In this document: one piece after another, positions 61,870 to 64,000 of the stretch | How the letters are laid out: each line of letters begins with the position of its first letter | Position numbering within the stretch: the stretch's first letter is position 1 | Source of the DNA: Azolla caroliniana | Lineage: Eukaryota > Plantae > Polypodiophyta | Length of the DNA stretch: 64,000 nt | Reading direction: 5' to 3' | NCBI GenBank assembly: GCA_043228905.1 | Contig: JBHGNT010000013.1 | Location: 12,214,001-12,278,000 of the forward strand | Made by a program: the position numbers and the translations under genes | Notes under the pieces: generated by a model | Database searches by the model: none | What the model saw: only the letters and a program-made list of their open reading frames with translations | Told to the model about the DNA's origin: nothing

Positions 61870-63127
61870 TGTGAAAATGTTTTTAGAATTCAAGGTATTG
61901 AAGTCTACAAGAATATAAGGCATGGTGCATTCACATCCAGAGGGCAAGATCACGAACCAAGGTCTTGAGGATAAGTCAAACAAAAAGCAAGACACATGGA
62001 GAAAAGTAAAAGAAGAAAAAAGCGAGCCACCAAAACACAGTCTGAAACGAACGCTTATAACTCTTTCGTTTGGAAGCCAAATATCATGTTCAAATATGGG
62101 TTAGAAAGCTTGTGAAGAGAGCTATCCGTAGCTTTTTAAAGCTCTAAATTTGGAGGTTAGACGAGGGAGATAAGACTATTAGAATATCGATGTGTCATAG
62201 ATAAGAATAGGAGATGAAAAACTCTAAAAAAAGCATAAAAAAGAAAGCAAAGGAAACTTATCTAGTGGAAGAAAACTTTATATAAAGCAAGAAGAGTAAG
62301 GTGGTAGGAGAGTCTCTTTCTTGTGGTGTTTTTCTTGTCTATTCATGTAGTGCGTTTTTCTAGTGATCAATTTATCCTTATAGGCTTGAGTTTATGTATC
62401 TTCTTTCTCTCTTACTTATACCATAATAATTCATTATCAATAAATCTTTGTTGTTTTGGATCTATATATCTTATTTATCCCTCCATGGAGCGCCAAAATG
62501 ATGAGAGAGAGATGATAGAAAAGAGAGATAAATAAGATATATAGATCCAAAACAACAAAGATTTATTGATAATGAATTATTATGGTATAAGTAAGAGAGA
62601 AAGAAGATACATAAACTCAAGCCTACAAGGATAAATTGATCACTAGAAAAACGCATTACATGAATAGGCAAGAAAAACACCACAAGAAAGAGACTCCCCT
62701 ACACCACTTACTCTTCTTGCTTTATATAAAGTTCTCTTCCACTAGATAAGTTTCCCTTGCTTTCTTTTTTATGCTTTTTTTAGAGTTTTTCATCTCCTAT
62801 TCTTATCTGTGACACAACAATCTTCAAATCGTCATATCTCCCTCGTCCGAGCTCCAAATTTAGAGCTTTAAAAATCTATGGATATCTCTCTTCACAAGCT
62901 TTCTAACCCATTATATTTGGATTCCAAACGAATGAGTTATGAGCGTTCGTTGTAGATTGTGTTTTGGTGGCCCGCTTTTTTCTGCTTTTACTTTTCTCCA
63001 TCTTTCTTGCTTTTAGTTTGACTTATCCTTGAGACCTTGGTTCGTGATCTTGCCCTCCAGATGTAAACGCACCATACCTTATATTCTTGTAGACTTCAAT
63101 ACCTTGAATTCTAAAAACACTTTCACA
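61870..63127. repeat. ~1.26-kb fold-back: 3' LTR of F (61870-62479) fused to an inverted LTR copy (62480-63127)
   Basis: TGTGAAAATGTTTTTAGAATTC... and ...GAATTCTAAAAACACTTTCACA; mirrored ORFs 62323-62535(+) and 62471-62683(-). Confidence 0.9.
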
Positions 63128-64000
63128 ACATCCAACCACAACATAAAATTCATGGCATGCTCTAATTACCTCATTGTCATAAACAATTGTGGGTCAATCA
63201 ACTCCTTAAAATAATGAACACATATTGTAATCATTGTAGTCGAGTCCACTGCAACGTCATCCCCTTGCTTAACATCTACCATATTAGATCGAGCATAGGT
63301 AGGATATAATGTTTGGAAAAACAAATGAGGTTGATGTTGATTATCTATATGTCCATCCCCTAAGTTGTCACATCTTAGCATAATGATAACTTTGACATTG
63401 CAAGCAATAAATAATGAATTGCAATTGACTTTGTATATCAAAAAGCTCATGATCTAATGGTACATGTATTAATAATGCATTACAACTAGAGCGAACTTGT
63501 GAGAATTGTTAAAGAAGGCCTTGTCGTCATTGCGCATTGCTTAACCCATACATACAAATAATGATCCCACGTCTTTACTCCTTTACTATTCACTTTTTGT
63601 GAAAAGTTCACCAATTTTTGCTCCATGAGAGAATCAACGTGAAGTTGAAGCAAAAGAGAAGAATTAAAGTGTAATGAAGGCAATCCAAGTATGAATTTAT
63701 GCATGTAAATTGAATTGCTCCAAACAAATAAGGAAATGCTCTAAACACCCCTAAAACTCCTAGAACTTTCATATTGGTAAAAAAGAATCAACATATATTC
63801 TATTTATTTGACTTCATGTCTATCTATGATGTGAGATTGGAAGGTAAAATTGCTCAAATCATTCCCATGCAACCATGTCCTACATCTAACTTACAACCAA
63901 TGAAACTTAAAACAATTTGTTTAGGATTATCCATGATCGAATGTTGTGGCGTAGATTGAGATGCATCAACACACATGTTAAAATCACGCATAAGTAATCT

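Larger units (their letters stand above)
40219..63127 (+). mobile_element. Element F: old degenerate Ty3/gypsy-like LTR element hosting the hAT and Sola-like transposons
   Basis: LTR starting TGTGAAA at 40219 and at 61870 (preceded by PPT AAAAAGCAAGGGGGAGGG); decayed gag/RT-like text at 40950-41044 and 46204-47775 (SPIVVVPK, FLLPFRDDIIDEM); ACATC on both flanks. Confidence 0.7.

Noticed and set aside
63128-64000. Possible decayed transposase in the right flank
   Set aside because: Too degenerate to support any motif by eye.

Overview
Eukaryotic, land-plant genomic DNA (a fern or other non-seed plant is a guess from TE content). It holds one ordinary host gene, an 11-exon isoprenylcysteine methylesterase (ICME-like, minus strand, ~34977-38316), between two nested transposon stacks. 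Left stack (1-32.5 kb): a LINE-ORF1-like remnant hit by a chromovirus-type Ty3/gypsy remnant, which contains a young intact non-chromoviral Ty3/gypsy element A (469-10271), and by a decayed relative B (10994-32242) carrying two nested Ty1/copia elements. Right stack (40.2-63.1 kb): an old LTR element F interrupted by a hAT transposon (41045-46195) and by a 13.8-kb Sola-like TIR transposon (47962-61792; 36-bp TIRs, 4-bp TSD). Top finding: the TIR transposon carries, divergent from its transposase, a 6-exon gene for a ParB-like domain fused to a bacterial-type beta-class N6A/N4C DNA methyltransferase, with nine phased 25-bp palindromes in intron 1. Second finding: elements A and B have no polypurine tract next to the 3' LTR and instead carry a conserved inverted tRNA primer-binding-like site there. 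All coordinates and alignments were read by eye, tRNA identities are recalled, and novelty could not be checked against databases.
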